From contig JBIIQY010000001.1 in NCBI GenBank assembly GCA_044341805.1, positions 25,874 to 89,873 on the forward strand: a DNA stretch of 64,000 bases. Reading direction: 5' to 3'. Shown one piece after another: positions 28,429 through 39,574 of the stretch (positions are counted from its first letter, which is position 1; every line of letters begins with the position of its first letter). The DNA is from Candidatus Planktophila sp. Lineage in GTDB: Bacteria > Actinomycetota > Actinomycetes > Nanopelagicales > Nanopelagicaceae. Below the pieces are notes generated by a model. That model was not told where the DNA came from. It ran no database searches and saw nothing but the letters and a program-made list of their open reading frames with translations. Both the position numbers and the translations under genes were made by a program.

Positions 28429-29054
28429 TACTTGCCCTCTTTCGAAAGTTTCAAGCCAAGTAATGTTGGCTCACCAGCTTGAACACCTTCGTGTGCAAGT
28501 CCGTCATTTAAACCAGCAAGAACCGCTGAAGCTTCTTTGTAAGTAACCAATCGACTTGGTCCACGTGTTGGTGGCTTTGGATTACCCGCACGCATTGAAT
28601 CAACTAAATCTTTTGCAGACTCGACTGTCTGGTTGTCGTAGAACTCCCAGTTAGCCATAACAACAGGTGCGTAATCACAAGCAGCGTTACATTCGATATG
28701 TTCCAATGAAACTTTTCCATCAGCTGTGACTTCATCATTACCAATTCCAAGGTGATCCTTGAGGGATGCAAAAATCGCATCTCCGCCCATGATTGCGCAC
28801 AAAGTATTTGTACAAACTCCTACGTGGTATTCACCAACCGGAGTTGGCTTGTACTGGGTGTAAAAGGTAGATACAGCAGTGACTTCGGCGGACTCTAGAT
28901 CTAGCAGCTGTGCGATTACTTCGATGCCTTCATTTGTTACATACCCCGCCTTTGATTGCACAAAGTGAAGCAAAGGCATGATTGCAGAACGAGAACGTGG
29001 ATAACGCTTAATGATCGAATCCATGATTTGTAGATCTTCAGATGAAAATGCCAT
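28428..29054 (-). CDS. nuoE: NADH-quinone oxidoreductase subunit E
   Basis: CTNTLC and ECNAACDYAP 2Fe-2S ligands. Confidence 0.96.
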   Translation of the reverse strand: MAFSSEDLQIMDSIIKRYPRSRSAIMPLLHFVQSKAGYVTNEGIEVIAQLLDLESAEVTAVSTFYTQYKPTPVGEYHVGVCTNTLCAIMGGDAIFASLKDHLGIGNDEVTADGKVSLEHIECNAACDYAPVVMANWEFYDNQTVESAKDLVDSMRAGNPKPPTRGPSRLVTYKEASAVLAGLNDGLAHEGVQAGEPTLLGLKLSKEGK

Positions 29055-30391
29055 TAGCGATCAACGCCTCCCATAACTGGATCGATCGAAGCTACTGCGC
29101 CAATAATGTCAGCGACCATTCCGCCTTCACTCATTGCAGCTGTTGCTTGCAAATTATTAAATGATGGCTCACGGAAGTGAACTCGGTATGGCTTTGTTCC
29201 GCCATCTGACACAACTGATGCACCAAGTTCTCCACGAGGAGATTCGATTGCAACATATGCCTGACCAGCAGGAACATGGAAACCTTCTGTGACAAGTTTG
29301 AAGTGGTGAATCAATGACTCCATTGAAGTACCCATGATTTGGCGAATGTGATCAAGTGAATTACCAAGTCCATCGCCACCAAGTGCAAGTTGTGCCGGCC
29401 ATGCAATCTTCTTATCTGCAACCATCACTGGTGCACCTTCAAGCTTTTCTAGCTTGTCGACACACTGTTCGACGATACGAAGTGATTGCTCTAGTTCGTT
29501 CATACGAATCAAGAAGCGACCGTAAACATCGCAAGTATCAGCGGTAACAACATCAAAGTTATAGTTTTCATAACCACAGTACGGCTGTAACTTACGAAGA
29601 TCCCAAGGCATGCCAGTTGCACGAAGAACTGGGCCGGTGACTCCAAGAGTTGTACAACCTGCTAGATCTAGGTAACCAATTCCTTGTGTGCGCTTCATCC
29701 AAATTGAGTTACCAATTAGCAGCGTTGCATTGTCCTTAAAGTTCTTGCGCATCAACTTAACGCCATCGCGAATCTTTGTTAAAGCACCCTCTGGCAGATC
29801 CTGAGCGACTCCGCCGGGACGTATATACGCCATGTTCATACGAAGACCAGTAATCATTTCGAAGATCTCTAAAACAGTTTCGCGGTCACGGAAAGCAAAG
29901 AACATAGGGCCCATAGCGCCTAGTTCTAGGGCTCCTGTGCCCAACGCAACCATGTGTGAAGAAATACGGTTGAGCTCCATCATCATTACGCGAATTACAG
30001 ATGCACGCTCTGGAACATCATTAGTAATTCCCAAAAGCTTTTCAACTGCAAGGCAGTAAGCGGTTTCGTTGTGCAAAGGTCCTAGGTAATCCATTCGAGT
30101 TACAAATGTTGTTCCCTGAGTCCAGCTGCGGTATTCCATATTCTTTTCAATACCTGTGTGTAGGTATCCAATTCCGCAACGAGCTTCGGTAATTGTTTCG
30201 CCTTCTAGTTCTAGAACTAGGCGAAGCACACCATGAGTTGAAGGGTGCTGAGGTCCCATGTTGACGACAACGCGCTCTTCTTTGGCTGCACCAATTTCTT
30301 GTACAAGTGCATCCCAGTCTCCGCCAGTAACAGAGAAAACTTTTCCTTCAGTTGTATCGCGCGAAGGTGCGTATGGATCAAAAGTTGTCAC
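29054..30391 (-). CDS. nuoD: NADH-quinone oxidoreductase subunit D
   Basis: [34 protein letters not shown]. Confidence 0.97.
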   Translation of the reverse strand: MTTFDPYAPSRDTTEGKVFSVTGGDWDALVQEIGAAKEERVVVNMGPQHPSTHGVLRLVLELEGETITEARCGIGYLHTGIEKNMEYRSWTQGTTFVTRMDYLGPLHNETAYCLAVEKLLGITNDVPERASVIRVMMMELNRISSHMVALGTGALELGAMGPMFFAFRDRETVLEIFEMITGLRMNMAYIRPGGVAQDLPEGALTKIRDGVKLMRKNFKDNATLLIGNSIWMKRTQGIGYLDLAGCTTLGVTGPVLRATGMPWDLRKLQPYCGYENYNFDVVTADTCDVYGRFLIRMNELEQSLRIVEQCVDKLEKLEGAPVMVADKKIAWPAQLALGGDGLGNSLDHIRQIMGTSMESLIHHFKLVTEGFHVPAGQAYVAIESPRGELGASVVSDGGTKPYRVHFREPSFNNLQATAAMSEGGMVADIIGAVASIDPVMGGVDR

Positions 30392-31014
30392 TTGTAGCTC
30401 CTTCTTTCACTAGGAGGAGGCGTTGTTGCGCCCTTGTACTCAACTGCGATTCCGCCAAGTGAGTAATCCTTACGTTGCGGGTGACCTTCCCAGTCATCTG
30501 GCATCAAGATGCGAGTTAATCCTGGGTGACCATCAAAAATAATTCCGAACATGTCGTATGTCTCGCGTTCGTGCCAGTTATTGCCAGCCCAAACTTCAAC
30601 CACAGATGGAATGTGTGAATCTGAATCTGGAACAGAAACCTCTAAACGAATGCGCTGATTCTTTGACATCGAAAGCAATGGGTAAACCGCATGCATTTCG
30701 CGACCAGTTTGTTCTGGGTAATGAACGCCATTAACACCCATACACATTTCAAACTTCAACTTATCGCGCAGAATAAAAGCAACTTCGACTAACTTTTCTC
30801 GCTTTACATGAAGAGTTAATTCGCCGCGATCAACAACTACGCGCTCGATCGCATCAGAAAATTCTGGATAAGCGCGCTCAAGATCATCAGTTACTTCATC
30901 AAAATATGAGCCATATGGACGCTCGGAAGAGCCAAAATTGGCGGCCTGGCGAACTAATCCGCCGTAACCTGAAGTATCTCCTGTGCCCTTTGCGCCAAAC
31001 ATTCCGTCAGTCAT
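30388..31014 (-). CDS. nuoC: NADH-quinone oxidoreductase subunit C
   Basis: [19 protein letters not shown]. Confidence 0.96.
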   Translation of the reverse strand: MTDGMFGAKGTGDTSGYGGLVRQAANFGSSERPYGSYFDEVTDDLERAYPEFSDAIERVVVDRGELTLHVKREKLVEVAFILRDKLKFEMCMGVNGVHYPEQTGREMHAVYPLLSMSKNQRIRLEVSVPDSDSHIPSVVEVWAGNNWHERETYDMFGIIFDGHPGLTRILMPDDWEGHPQRKDYSLGGIAVEYKGATTPPPSERRSYK

Positions 31015-31571
31015 TATGCAAGCAAACCCTTCATTTCATGGGTTGGCTTTGCATTCATTGCAGCAAGTTCAACTTCCTTAATGACCTGTGCGCGGTTTGC
31101 ACCAAGCTTTGTGTCACTGATTTGTTCATGTAACTTCAAAATTGCATCAAGCAACATTTCAGGACGTGGTGGACAGCCTGGCAAGTAAATATCAACTGGA
31201 ACAACGTGATCTACACCTTGCACAATTGCGTAGTTGTTAAACATTCCACCTGAAGATGCACACGCACCCATTGCAATAACCCACTTTGGTGCCGACATTT
31301 GATCGTAAATCTGTCGCAAAACTGGGGCCATCTTGTTTGAAACACGACCAGCAACAATCATCAGATCTGCTTGACGTGGGGATGCACGGAAAACTTCTCC
31401 ACCAAAACGAGCGATGTCATACTTTGCAGCTGAGCCGACAGCCATCATTTCAATTGCACAACATGCAAGACCAAATGTTGCTGGCCATAGCGAGTTTTTG
31501 CGCATGTAACCTGCAAGTTTTTCAACTGAGGTTAAGACAAACCCACTTGGGATTTTCTCTTCAAGACCCAT
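31014..31571 (-). CDS. nuoB: NADH-quinone oxidoreductase subunit B
   Basis: [25 protein letters not shown]. Confidence 0.97.
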   Translation of the reverse strand: MGLEEKIPSGFVLTSVEKLAGYMRKNSLWPATFGLACCAIEMMAVGSAAKYDIARFGGEVFRASPRQADLMIVAGRVSNKMAPVLRQIYDQMSAPKWVIAMGACASSGGMFNNYAIVQGVDHVVPVDIYLPGCPPRPEMLLDAILKLHEQISDTKLGANRAQVIKEVELAAMNAKPTHEMKGLLA

Positions 31572-31574
31572 TTT

Positions 31575-31940
31575 TTAGTCCCATTCCAATCCGCCGCGGC
31601 GCCAAACGTACGCAAATGCAACAAAAACTGTTCCGATAAAGATCACCATTTCAACCAAACCAAAAATTCCAAGAGAATCAAAAGCAACTGCCCATGGATA
31701 CAAAAAGACGATTTCAATATCAAAAATGATGAACAACATCGCAGTTAAGAAGTACTTAACTGGGAAACGACCACCTTCGGCAGCTTGCGGAGAAGGTTCA
31801 ATTCCACATTCATACGCATCTAACTTGGCCCGGTTGTAACGCTTTGGACCTGCGAGCGCTCCGGCGACGACCGAGAAAACCGCGAAGCCTAAGCCGATCG
31901 CGCCGATCACCAAGATTGGGATGTATGGATTGGATGTCAC
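31575..31940 (-). CDS. nuoA: NADH-quinone oxidoreductase subunit A
   Basis: YECG, LFIIFDIEIVFLYPW, GGLEWD; GTG start at 31940 is 7 nt from a TAGGAT -10 (31948-31953). Confidence 0.95.
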   Translation of the reverse strand: MTSNPYIPILVIGAIGLGFAVFSVVAGALAGPKRYNRAKLDAYECGIEPSPQAAEGGRFPVKYFLTAMLFIIFDIEIVFLYPWAVAFDSLGIFGLVEMVIFIGTVFVAFAYVWRRGGLEWD

Positions 31941-31980
31941 GGTCGAAATCCTAAGGTGGAAAGGCGTATGCCCTCGACCG

Positions 31981-32673
31981 CTAGCCCTTAATCCCGCTGT
32001 GAACTGCAACAACACCAAAAGTCAGGTTTTTCCAGGTGACCCCAGTCCAGCCTGCTTTTTCCATTCGAGCGGCAAGCGCCGCCTGATCGGGCCAGGCTCT
32101 GATCGATTCAGCCAGATACACATAGGCATCTGGGTTGGAACTTGTTCTCTTGGCGATCATCGGCAGTAGTTTCATCAGGTATTCGGTATAAATGGTACGA
32201 AACGGACGCCAGGTTGGGTGGCTGAACTCAACGACGACCATTCGGCCACCAGGCTTTGTGACCCGTCGGGCTTCGGCCAGCGCCTTATCGAAATCAGCCG
32301 TGTTTCGCAGGCCATAGGAAATGGTAACTACATCAAAGCGGTCCGCCTCGAAGGGCAGATTCAGGGCGTCGGCCTTGGAAAAGTTCAGATACGGGCGAGC
32401 TTTTCGGCCCTGTGCCAGCATTCCCTCACTGAAATCGGTGGCAAAAACGGTGGCCCCGGCCTTAAACAAGGGTTCTGATGAAGATCCAGGTCCTGCCGCC
32501 AAATCCAGGATCACCATTCCGGGTACTGGAGCGATGATCTTTGTCGCCGCTTTGCGCCAGGCCTTGGTTCGGCCCAAACTCAAAAGATCATTAACCAGGT
32601 CATACCGCTTGGCGACTCCATCAAACATAGCCGCGACTTCATCGGGATCTTTGTTCAGATTAGCGCGGGACAT
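31981..32673 (-). CDS. menG: Demethylmenaquinone methyltransferase
   Basis: [37 protein letters not shown]; AGGGAG RBS. Confidence 0.95.
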   Translation of the reverse strand: MSRANLNKDPDEVAAMFDGVAKRYDLVNDLLSLGRTKAWRKAATKIIAPVPGMVILDLAAGPGSSSEPLFKAGATVFATDFSEGMLAQGRKARPYLNFSKADALNLPFEADRFDVVTISYGLRNTADFDKALAEARRVTKPGGRMVVVEFSHPTWRPFRTIYTEYLMKLLPMIAKRTSSNPDAYVYLAESIRAWPDQAALAARMEKAGWTGVTWKNLTFGVVAVHSGIKG

Positions 32674-32757
32674 GCGCATATTCTCCCTTGAAGTAGGCTC
32701 ATCCACAACTCAACGCCACATCAACAAAGGCACGATTTAGAGGAGAGTTTTTCCCCG

Positions 32758-33978
32758 ATGGTTCAACTGGTTCCGGTAACAACGACCCGCCTTGGCGAGC
32801 ATTTGCCGTTGCTGGATTTACTTCCAGATACCCAACCTCTTGCATGGGTGCGCAGCGGTGAAGGTTTAGTTGGTTGGGGAACTTACGCGACAACAACAGT
32901 TAGTGGCCCACACAGATTTGCCGATGCGCGTCATTGGTGGCAAAAGCAGTTAGAAAAGTTAACCATTAACAACACGGTGCACGGAAGTGGCACTGGTCCA
33001 GTTTTGTTTGCATCTTTTTCATTTGCACCTGAAGATGTTTCAGTTCTAGTTATTCCACAAGTAGTTGTTGGAACAAAGAGTGGCAAGTCATGGATTACCT
33101 GGATCGGTTCAGATTCGCAACCAGATCTGAAAACAACACCAGATCATTTTTCAAATGGTGAAATGAAATGGGATGAACAACCACATGCCAACGAAATATG
33201 GAAAGAAAGAGTTGCGACAGCCGTATCTCGAATTCAAAAGGGCGACTTGGACAAAGTAGTTCTTGCGCGCGACATAACTGTTACATCAAGCAAAGCTATT
33301 GATCCACGTTCTATTTTGAACAAGCTTGCACTTGAGTATCCAACAACCTGGAAGTTTGCGATCTCGGGATTAGTTGGAGCAACTCCAGAACTATTGCTAC
33401 GCCTTTCAAGGGGCATGATTACTTCACGTGTTCTTGCGGGAACAATTAGCAAGACCGGCGATGATGCAAAAGATCTTGCTCTGGCGGGCTCGCTCGCCCG
33501 TTCTTCAAAAGATCTTGCTGAACATGAATATGCGGTGCGTTCGGTTGCAGACGCCATCGAACCTTTCTGTTCTTCCACAAATGTTCCAGAATCTCCATTT
33601 GTATTACACCTTGCAAATGTCATGCACCTTGCAACAGATGTGACTGGTGCTTTAGTTGAAACGCTTTCGCATGTTGATGCTTTTACAATTTTGGAACAGC
33701 TTCATCCTTCAGCTGCTGTGTGTGGAACTCCACGTCCACAAGCTGCCAAGTTGATCGCTGAAATAGAAGGAATGCCAAGAGGTCGCTATGCGGGACCGGT
33801 TGGTTGGATTGACGCTGCCGGAGACGGAGAACTTGGAATCGCGTTGCGTTGTGGGCAGATAAATGGTGATTCAATTCGAATTTTTGCTGGATGCGGAATC
33901 GTAGATGGTTCAGATCCTGAAGTTGAGCTAGCTGAAACTTATGCAAAGTTTGCTCCAATGCGGAGCGCGCTTACATAG
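32758..33978 (+). CDS. menF: Isochorismate synthase
   Basis: KVVLAR, GATPELL, LAGT, EH, LHPSAAVCG, YAGPVG, AGCGIV; lies in the men cluster. Confidence 0.92.
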   Translation: MVQLVPVTTTRLGEHLPLLDLLPDTQPLAWVRSGEGLVGWGTYATTTVSGPHRFADARHWWQKQLEKLTINNTVHGSGTGPVLFASFSFAPEDVSVLVIPQVVVGTKSGKSWITWIGSDSQPDLKTTPDHFSNGEMKWDEQPHANEIWKERVATAVSRIQKGDLDKVVLARDITVTSSKAIDPRSILNKLALEYPTTWKFAISGLVGATPELLLRLSRGMITSRVLAGTISKTGDDAKDLALAGSLARSSKDLAEHEYAVRSVADAIEPFCSSTNVPESPFVLHLANVMHLATDVTGALVETLSHVDAFTILEQLHPSAAVCGTPRPQAAKLIAEIEGMPRGRYAGPVGWIDAAGDGELGIALRCGQINGDSIRIFAGCGIVDGSDPEVELAETYAKFAPMRSALT

Positions 33979-33988
33979 AACTGTGACT

Positions 33989-35563
33989 TTAGAAGGACTT
34001 TAGCGATTCATAAATTGCTTTTAGGTTATCTGCATTGCTTTCTCGATCTGGAGCATCACAAACAACAACACTGATTCCTGAAATTGGTGACTTAACTTCT
34101 GCTTCAAGTTCTTTGATAGAAGAAATCTGCTTTGCTGAAACTCCCATGGATTTAGCAATTTCTGCTGGGTTAAGTCCATGTGGAGTTCCAAAGACTGTTT
34201 CGAAGCCTTCTGAACCTCGTTGCGGCAAGGTTGAAAAAATACCGCCACCATCATTGTTGATGACAATAAATCGGCAGTTGATATCTTCTTTATTTATCAA
34301 TCCAGTTAAGTCATACAAGAATGAAAGATCTCCCAAAACCGCAATGGTTGCTTTATGCGCATAAGCAATTCCAAGGGCGGTAGAGATGTTTCCATCAATT
34401 CCAGCTAAGCCTCGGTTGGCGTAGGTGGTAACGCCACCACGAGGAACGGCGAAACCTTCAAGGTCTCGTATTGGTCTAGAGGATGAAACAAATAGCGCAA
34501 TTTCATTAGGGATTGCTGCGGCGATTGTGCGCGCAATAACCGCTTCATTCCAACCATCAAGTGATGCAACCAGTTTTTTGGTTCGTTCAGAAACTTTGTT
34601 CCAGGTAGCGATCCAATCATCGGATTGAATAACACCTTGTAAATCAGGAAGCGAAGTAAAAACACGATCGGCCTGGCGATCGGTATCAACTGTTGCTGTG
34701 CGGGGATCCACAACATATGTAATCGGACTTAATTTAATGAATGCATTTATTGAACGTGAAAGCGTGGTTCTACCAATCACTAAAACAGATTGTGGAATCA
34801 ACGTACTTCTAATCTCTTGAGAAGTTAAGAAAATAGATGCGTGGGCGATTGCATCAGGAAATGACAAAGGATCTTCGGCAATAACCGGCCAGCCAAGAGT
34901 TTTTGTGAACTTGGTGATTTCTTCGACTGTTAATCCCCCGCGATCGTGACCGATTACAACAACTCCTCGTGCGCCTACCAATCGCAAGGTTGCTGATTTA
35001 GCTCGATTCACAAAACTCTTTGGTGCGACAACAATTTCAGATAGCCAGTCAGTTGAATCATCAGGCAGTAATGGTTCATCAAATTGAAGGTTTAAGTGAA
35101 CTGGCCCTGTTCTCAAACTATCTAGTGGTAACTCCATCGGATAAACAGGCCCATCAACATCTGCGAAATAACGCACCGCTTTGCCAAAAATACGAGCTTG
35201 CTCTGTTGTTTGGTTTGCACCGGTTCTGCGCAACATCGCTGGACGATCTGCGGTTAAAACAAGCAGTGGTGTATTTGTGTGATGGGCTTCTAGAACTACT
35301 GGGTGATAGTTAGCTACTGCTGTACCGCTAGTGCAGACAACTGCAACGGGACGGTCAGTTGCCTTAATGATTCCTAACGCAAAGAAAGCTGCGGTGCGCT
35401 CATCAATGCGCACATGAATTTTGATCAGTTTTTGTTCTGCGGCGGCAAAAAATGCCAGTGATAAAGGCGCGTTACGCGATCCAGGTGAGATCACAACATC
35501 TGTAATTCCAGATTCAATTATTTGACGGACGACAACGCGAGCCAGAGAGGTTGAGTTATTCAC
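33989..35563 (-). CDS. menD: SEPHCHC synthase
   Basis: SPGSRNAPL, IDER, TSGTA, NRGLAGIDG, GDLSF, NNDGGGIF, TPH; GTG start coupled to the menC stop. Confidence 0.95.
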   Translation of the reverse strand: MNNSTSLARVVVRQIIESGITDVVISPGSRNAPLSLAFFAAAEQKLIKIHVRIDERTAAFFALGIIKATDRPVAVVCTSGTAVANYHPVVLEAHHTNTPLLVLTADRPAMLRRTGANQTTEQARIFGKAVRYFADVDGPVYPMELPLDSLRTGPVHLNLQFDEPLLPDDSTDWLSEIVVAPKSFVNRAKSATLRLVGARGVVVIGHDRGGLTVEEITKFTKTLGWPVIAEDPLSFPDAIAHASIFLTSQEIRSTLIPQSVLVIGRTTLSRSINAFIKLSPITYVVDPRTATVDTDRQADRVFTSLPDLQGVIQSDDWIATWNKVSERTKKLVASLDGWNEAVIARTIAAAIPNEIALFVSSSRPIRDLEGFAVPRGGVTTYANRGLAGIDGNISTALGIAYAHKATIAVLGDLSFLYDLTGLINKEDINCRFIVINNDGGGIFSTLPQRGSEGFETVFGTPHGLNPAEIAKSMGVSAKQISSIKELEAEVKSPISGISVVVCDAPDRESNADNLKAIYESLKSF

Positions 35564-36489
35564 TGTAAAAGCTCCGCGGTTCTCATAATCCGATTCTTCC
35601 ACCATTCGAAGCGATCTGGTGCCACATCTAATCCGTCTAACTGTGGTTCAAACTCAGAAATTTCGATTTTTCCATCAACGATTGGCAAATGAGCCACATC
35701 AGCTGCAAGCAAGGACCCGGTACCAAGACCACAATCAAAGTTCATTTCTTCAAAGGATGCAGCAAGAGTTAAACCATAATTAATTCCTACAGCGCTTTCG
35801 AGCGCACTTGAAACTACAACAGGCAGGTTGTGATGTTCTGCAAGCGCATGCGCACGCTTAATTCCACCCAATGGCTGAACCTTGAGCATTAAGTAATCAA
35901 TTGCACCCTTTAAATCAACTTTAAAAGGGTCCGCAGCTTTTCGAAGAATCTCATCTCCGACAATCTTGACTGAAGTTCTACCTTTTAGTTCGCGCAATTC
36001 TGCAATAGTTGCACAGGGTTGTTCGGCATATTCAATTTCTCCGGCTGCATTCAAAAATGTTTCCGCTTGATCAACACTCCACAATCCATTGACATCAATT
36101 CGTATCTTTGCTTGTGGTTGCAATTGTCGAATAACATCAATGCGCGTCAAATCTTCGGCAAGGTTGGTACCCACTTTTACCTTAAAAGTATTGACCCCCG
36201 GAAATGAATCAACAACTTTCTTTAAATCACCTGGGTCATTAAGTGCTGGAATAGTTCCGTTTATAGCTAGGGATGTGCGATAAAGCTGAGGTTTTGGCGT
36301 AGTGGCTGCTTCTAGCGCACTTGCTAACCATGGTGCTGATTCGGCTTCGTCGTATTCTAGAAAGGGTGAGAACTCTGCCCAACCGTATTCCCCTTTAATC
36401 AGTGCAACTTCACGAACAGATATACCACGAAATTTAGTTTTCATTGGCAGCGCGATTACGCGCAAAGTGTCCAGAAGTTGTTGATCCAT
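35560..36489 (-). CDS. menC: o-succinylbenzoate synthase
   Basis: EFSPF, FKVKVG, RIDVNG, EQP, DE, KVQPLGG. Confidence 0.94.
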   Translation of the reverse strand: MDQQLLDTLRVIALPMKTKFRGISVREVALIKGEYGWAEFSPFLEYDEAESAPWLASALEAATTPKPQLYRTSLAINGTIPALNDPGDLKKVVDSFPGVNTFKVKVGTNLAEDLTRIDVIRQLQPQAKIRIDVNGLWSVDQAETFLNAAGEIEYAEQPCATIAELRELKGRTSVKIVGDEILRKAADPFKVDLKGAIDYLMLKVQPLGGIKRAHALAEHHNLPVVVSSALESAVGINYGLTLAASFEEMNFDCGLGTGSLLAADVAHLPIVDGKIEISEFEPQLDGLDVAPDRFEWWKNRIMRTAELLQ

Positions 36490-36492
36490 AAA

Positions 36493-37371
36493 TTAGGGGC
36501 GCTTAGGAAATTTTCCGAAGTCAGGCTTTCGCTTTTCTTGATACGCATCGCGACCTTCTTGGCCTTCTTCAGTCATATAAAACAGAAGTGTTGCATCGCC
36601 AGCTAATTGCTGAACACCAGCTAAACCATCAGTTGCCGCGTTCAAACTAGCCTTTAGCAAACGTAGCGCCATTGGTGAGTTGCGAAGCATCTCGCGACAC
36701 CATGAAACTGTTTCAGCTTCTAGTTCGGCAACAGGAACAACTGTGTTTACTAATCCCATATCTAAAGCTTCTTGTGCACTGTATTCGCGGGTCATAAACC
36801 AAATCTCACGTGCCTTCTTTTGGCCAACATGTTCTGCCAATAGTCCAGCACCATAACCACCATCAAAAGATCCGACCATTGGGCCGGTCTGACCAAACTT
36901 TGCATTGTCTGCTGCAACAGTTAAGTCGCACACGACGTGAAGCACATGTCCACCACCGATTGCCCAACCTGCAACCATTGCAACAATTGGTTTAGGTGTG
37001 CGACGGATTTGAACTTGAAGATCTAGAACATTGAGGCGACCAATACCTTTTTTCGCCAACTTGTCTTCGCCTAGGTATCCGTCATCACCACGCACACTGA
37101 TGTCTCCACCAGAGCAAAACGCTTCGGTTCCTTCACCAGTAAAGATGATGACTCCGACTTCTTCATTATCGCGAGCCAGATTAAATGCTTCGATTAATTC
37201 AATAATTGTTTGGGGGCGAAATGCGTTTCGAACCTGTGGTCGATTAATCGTGATCTTGGCAATTCCATCGCCCATTTGATATCTGATATCTACGAAATCT
37301 TCTCCACCAGGTGCGGTTACCCATTGTGGAATCTCACGGCTACCAAATTCGCGCTTGATCGGCTTGCTCAC
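36493..37371 (-). CDS. menB: 1,4-dihydroxy-2-naphthoyl-CoA synthase
   Basis: [35 protein letters not shown]. Confidence 0.97.
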   Translation of the reverse strand: MSKPIKREFGSREIPQWVTAPGGEDFVDIRYQMGDGIAKITINRPQVRNAFRPQTIIELIEAFNLARDNEEVGVIIFTGEGTEAFCSGGDISVRGDDGYLGEDKLAKKGIGRLNVLDLQVQIRRTPKPIVAMVAGWAIGGGHVLHVVCDLTVAADNAKFGQTGPMVGSFDGGYGAGLLAEHVGQKKAREIWFMTREYSAQEALDMGLVNTVVPVAELEAETVSWCREMLRNSPMALRLLKASLNAATDGLAGVQQLAGDATLLFYMTEEGQEGRDAYQEKRKPDFGKFPKRP

Positions 37372-37412
37372 ATTTCCCCCATCGTCGTTGCTAGCGATAG
37401 CCTACGACGGCA

Positions 37413-38465
37413 ATGGATAACTCGTCACAACGAAAAATTCTGCGGGTCAGCCCGGCATGCGAAACTCCTCTTTTAGCGAGGGACATCACAGCAGCTCTCG
37501 CAGGCAATGGCCCCACCCTTGGATTTGGTGAGGTCAATTCAGAGTTCGGTCCCACACAAGCCGCGGTCGTAATTGGCACTTCGGGCACAACCGGTGCACC
37601 CAAGGAAATCTTTTTGTCATCGCACGCTTTGATTTCATCTGCACGTGCCTCTAACGCATTTGTCGGAGCAAAACCTGGTGACACCTGGTCGCTTCTATTG
37701 CCATTGACTCATGTCGCTGCGGTCAATGTTTTTGTTCGAGCTTTTGAATTAGGAACAATACCCGTCGATCTTCGCAATCATTCGGGTGAATATCCACGCG
37801 TTAACTTCACGGCAATTGTTCCAACACAACTATTCCGTGCCTTAAATGGCGATGATCACTTACTGAAGCATTTACAAGGAGCTCAGAAAGTTTTGGTGGG
37901 TGGTGCTGCACTTTCAAGCGCAATCCGAAACCAAGCAACTGCTGCCGGAATAAATGTTGTCACCACTTATGGAATGAGTGAAACTTCAGGTGGATGCGTT
38001 TACAACGGTGAAATTCTTGAAGGAACTGAAGTTGAAGTTCGTGGCGGTGCTATTTTTATTCGCGGCAGTATTCTGGCTTTAAATCTTGATTTATCAGATG
38101 GTTGGTTTGAGACTAATGATTTAGGCGAGTTTGTAGATGAGAAACTTGTTGTCATCGGTCGATCAGATGATGTAATCATTTCTGGCGGCGAAAATCTCTC
38201 ACTCAATAGTGTCGAAAGCATTCTCAATGAAAGCTTTCCTGGTACCCAGTGCGCGGCTTTTTCAGTGGATGATCCACAATGGGGGCAAACCTTGCACATC
38301 GCATTTGTTGGGCAGGCAGATAGAGAAGCCATTGCAACGGTACTTGAAAGTAAAATTGGCACTTTTGCAAAACCAAAAGGTATTCATTTCGTAAACTCGC
38401 TACCCTTGCTCGGTATTGGAAAAGTTGATCGCAAGAGATTGGCACAAGAGTTATCAAATGAATAA
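37413..38465 (+). CDS. menE: o-succinylbenzoate-CoA ligase (short actinobacterial type)
   Basis: TSGTTGAPK, VPTQL, TYGMSET, GRSDDVIISGGE, GKVDR. Confidence 0.92.
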   Translation: MDNSSQRKILRVSPACETPLLARDITAALAGNGPTLGFGEVNSEFGPTQAAVVIGTSGTTGAPKEIFLSSHALISSARASNAFVGAKPGDTWSLLLPLTHVAAVNVFVRAFELGTIPVDLRNHSGEYPRVNFTAIVPTQLFRALNGDDHLLKHLQGAQKVLVGGAALSSAIRNQATAAGINVVTTYGMSETSGGCVYNGEILEGTEVEVRGGAIFIRGSILALNLDLSDGWFETNDLGEFVDEKLVVIGRSDDVIISGGENLSLNSVESILNESFPGTQCAAFSVDDPQWGQTLHIAFVGQADREAIATVLESKIGTFAKPKGIHFVNSLPLLGIGKVDRKRLAQELSNE

Positions 38466-39306
38466 ATGGATACTGGGCGCACGCCCTCGCACTCTTCCTG
38501 CTGCAATCGCACCAGTCGTTGTTGCCACCGCCCTGGTGGGTGCTGATTTCAATTGGTTTCGTGCGCTCTTAGCTTTAAAGGTAGCGGTGTGGCTTCAGAT
38601 CGGCGTGAACTTTGCCAACGATTACAGCGATGGAGTTAAGGGAACAGATGCTGACCGCGTTGGTCCTATTCGCTTAGTCGCTAGCGGTATGGCTTCAGCT
38701 AAATCTGTAAAAGCTGCAGCATTTATTTCTTTTACGATTGCAAGTGTTGCCGGTACTTGGCTGGCGTTCTTAACCTCACCATTGCTAATTCTGGTTGGAA
38801 TCATCTCTATCGCCGCTGCTTGGGGGTACACCGGAGGCAAGAACCCTTATGGCTATAAAGGGTTGGGCGAATTATCCGTATTTCTCTTCTTCGGTGTAAT
38901 CGCGACAATGGGTTCTTACTACGTTCAAACCGAAGAACTCACTCTTTTAAGTTTTATTGTCTCTATACCAATGGGCGCGCTTTCATGCGCGATTCTTGCA
39001 ATCAATAATCTTCGCGACAGACCTAAGGATGAACTAGTTGGCAAATTGACTCTTGCTGTCCGCATAGGCGATCGCAAAGCTCGACTTATGTATGTAGGGC
39101 TTTTGATGCTTGCTCACATTGCAGCGGTTGCCACATTGATCCCAACTGCACTGATAACTTTGTTGGCTTTACCTATGAGCTACTCAATCTCAAGGCAAGT
39201 TTTAAGTGGTATTTCAGGTAAGGATTTGATTCCAGTCCTTGGTAAAACCGCAAAACTGCAAATGATTTTTGCTCTCTTGCTTGCTGTTGGCTTAGGGATA
39301 CAATAG
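38458..39306 (+). CDS. menA: 1,4-dihydroxy-2-naphthoate polyprenyltransferase
   Basis: ARPRTL, NFANDYSDG, NNLRD, GKLTLAV. Confidence 0.95.
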   Translation: MNKWILGARPRTLPAAIAPVVVATALVGADFNWFRALLALKVAVWLQIGVNFANDYSDGVKGTDADRVGPIRLVASGMASAKSVKAAAFISFTIASVAGTWLAFLTSPLLILVGIISIAAAWGYTGGKNPYGYKGLGELSVFLFFGVIATMGSYYVQTEELTLLSFIVSIPMGALSCAILAINNLRDRPKDELVGKLTLAVRIGDRKARLMYVGLLMLAHIAAVATLIPTALITLLALPMSYSISRQVLSGISGKDLIPVLGKTAKLQMIFALLLAVGLGIQ

Positions 39307-39310
39307 GAAC

Positions 39311-39574
39311 ATGTCCAGAGTCGTCCTACTTGTTTTAGTTTTTGGATTCACTATCTATGCATTGATTGACTGTGCTCGTGCAGATGAATCGCAGATTAAA
39401 AACTTGCCTAAATGGGGTTGGCTATTAATTATCATTCTCTTGGGACCAGCACTGTTTGCAATAGGTCCAATCTCATATTTGATTGCTGGTCGTAACAAGC
39501 CGAAGAGAGGTAAGGGGCCTAAGCGCCGCATACTTCCTCCAGATGATGATCCTGATTTCTTAAGGAAGCTCTAG
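39311..39574 (+). CDS. PLDc N-terminal domain small membrane protein
   Basis: YALIDC...LPKWGW...PDDDPDFL, typical actinobacterial family next to menA. Confidence 0.85.
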   Translation: MSRVVLLVLVFGFTIYALIDCARADESQIKNLPKWGWLLIIILLGPALFAIGPISYLIAGRNKPKRGKGPKRRILPPDDDPDFLRKL

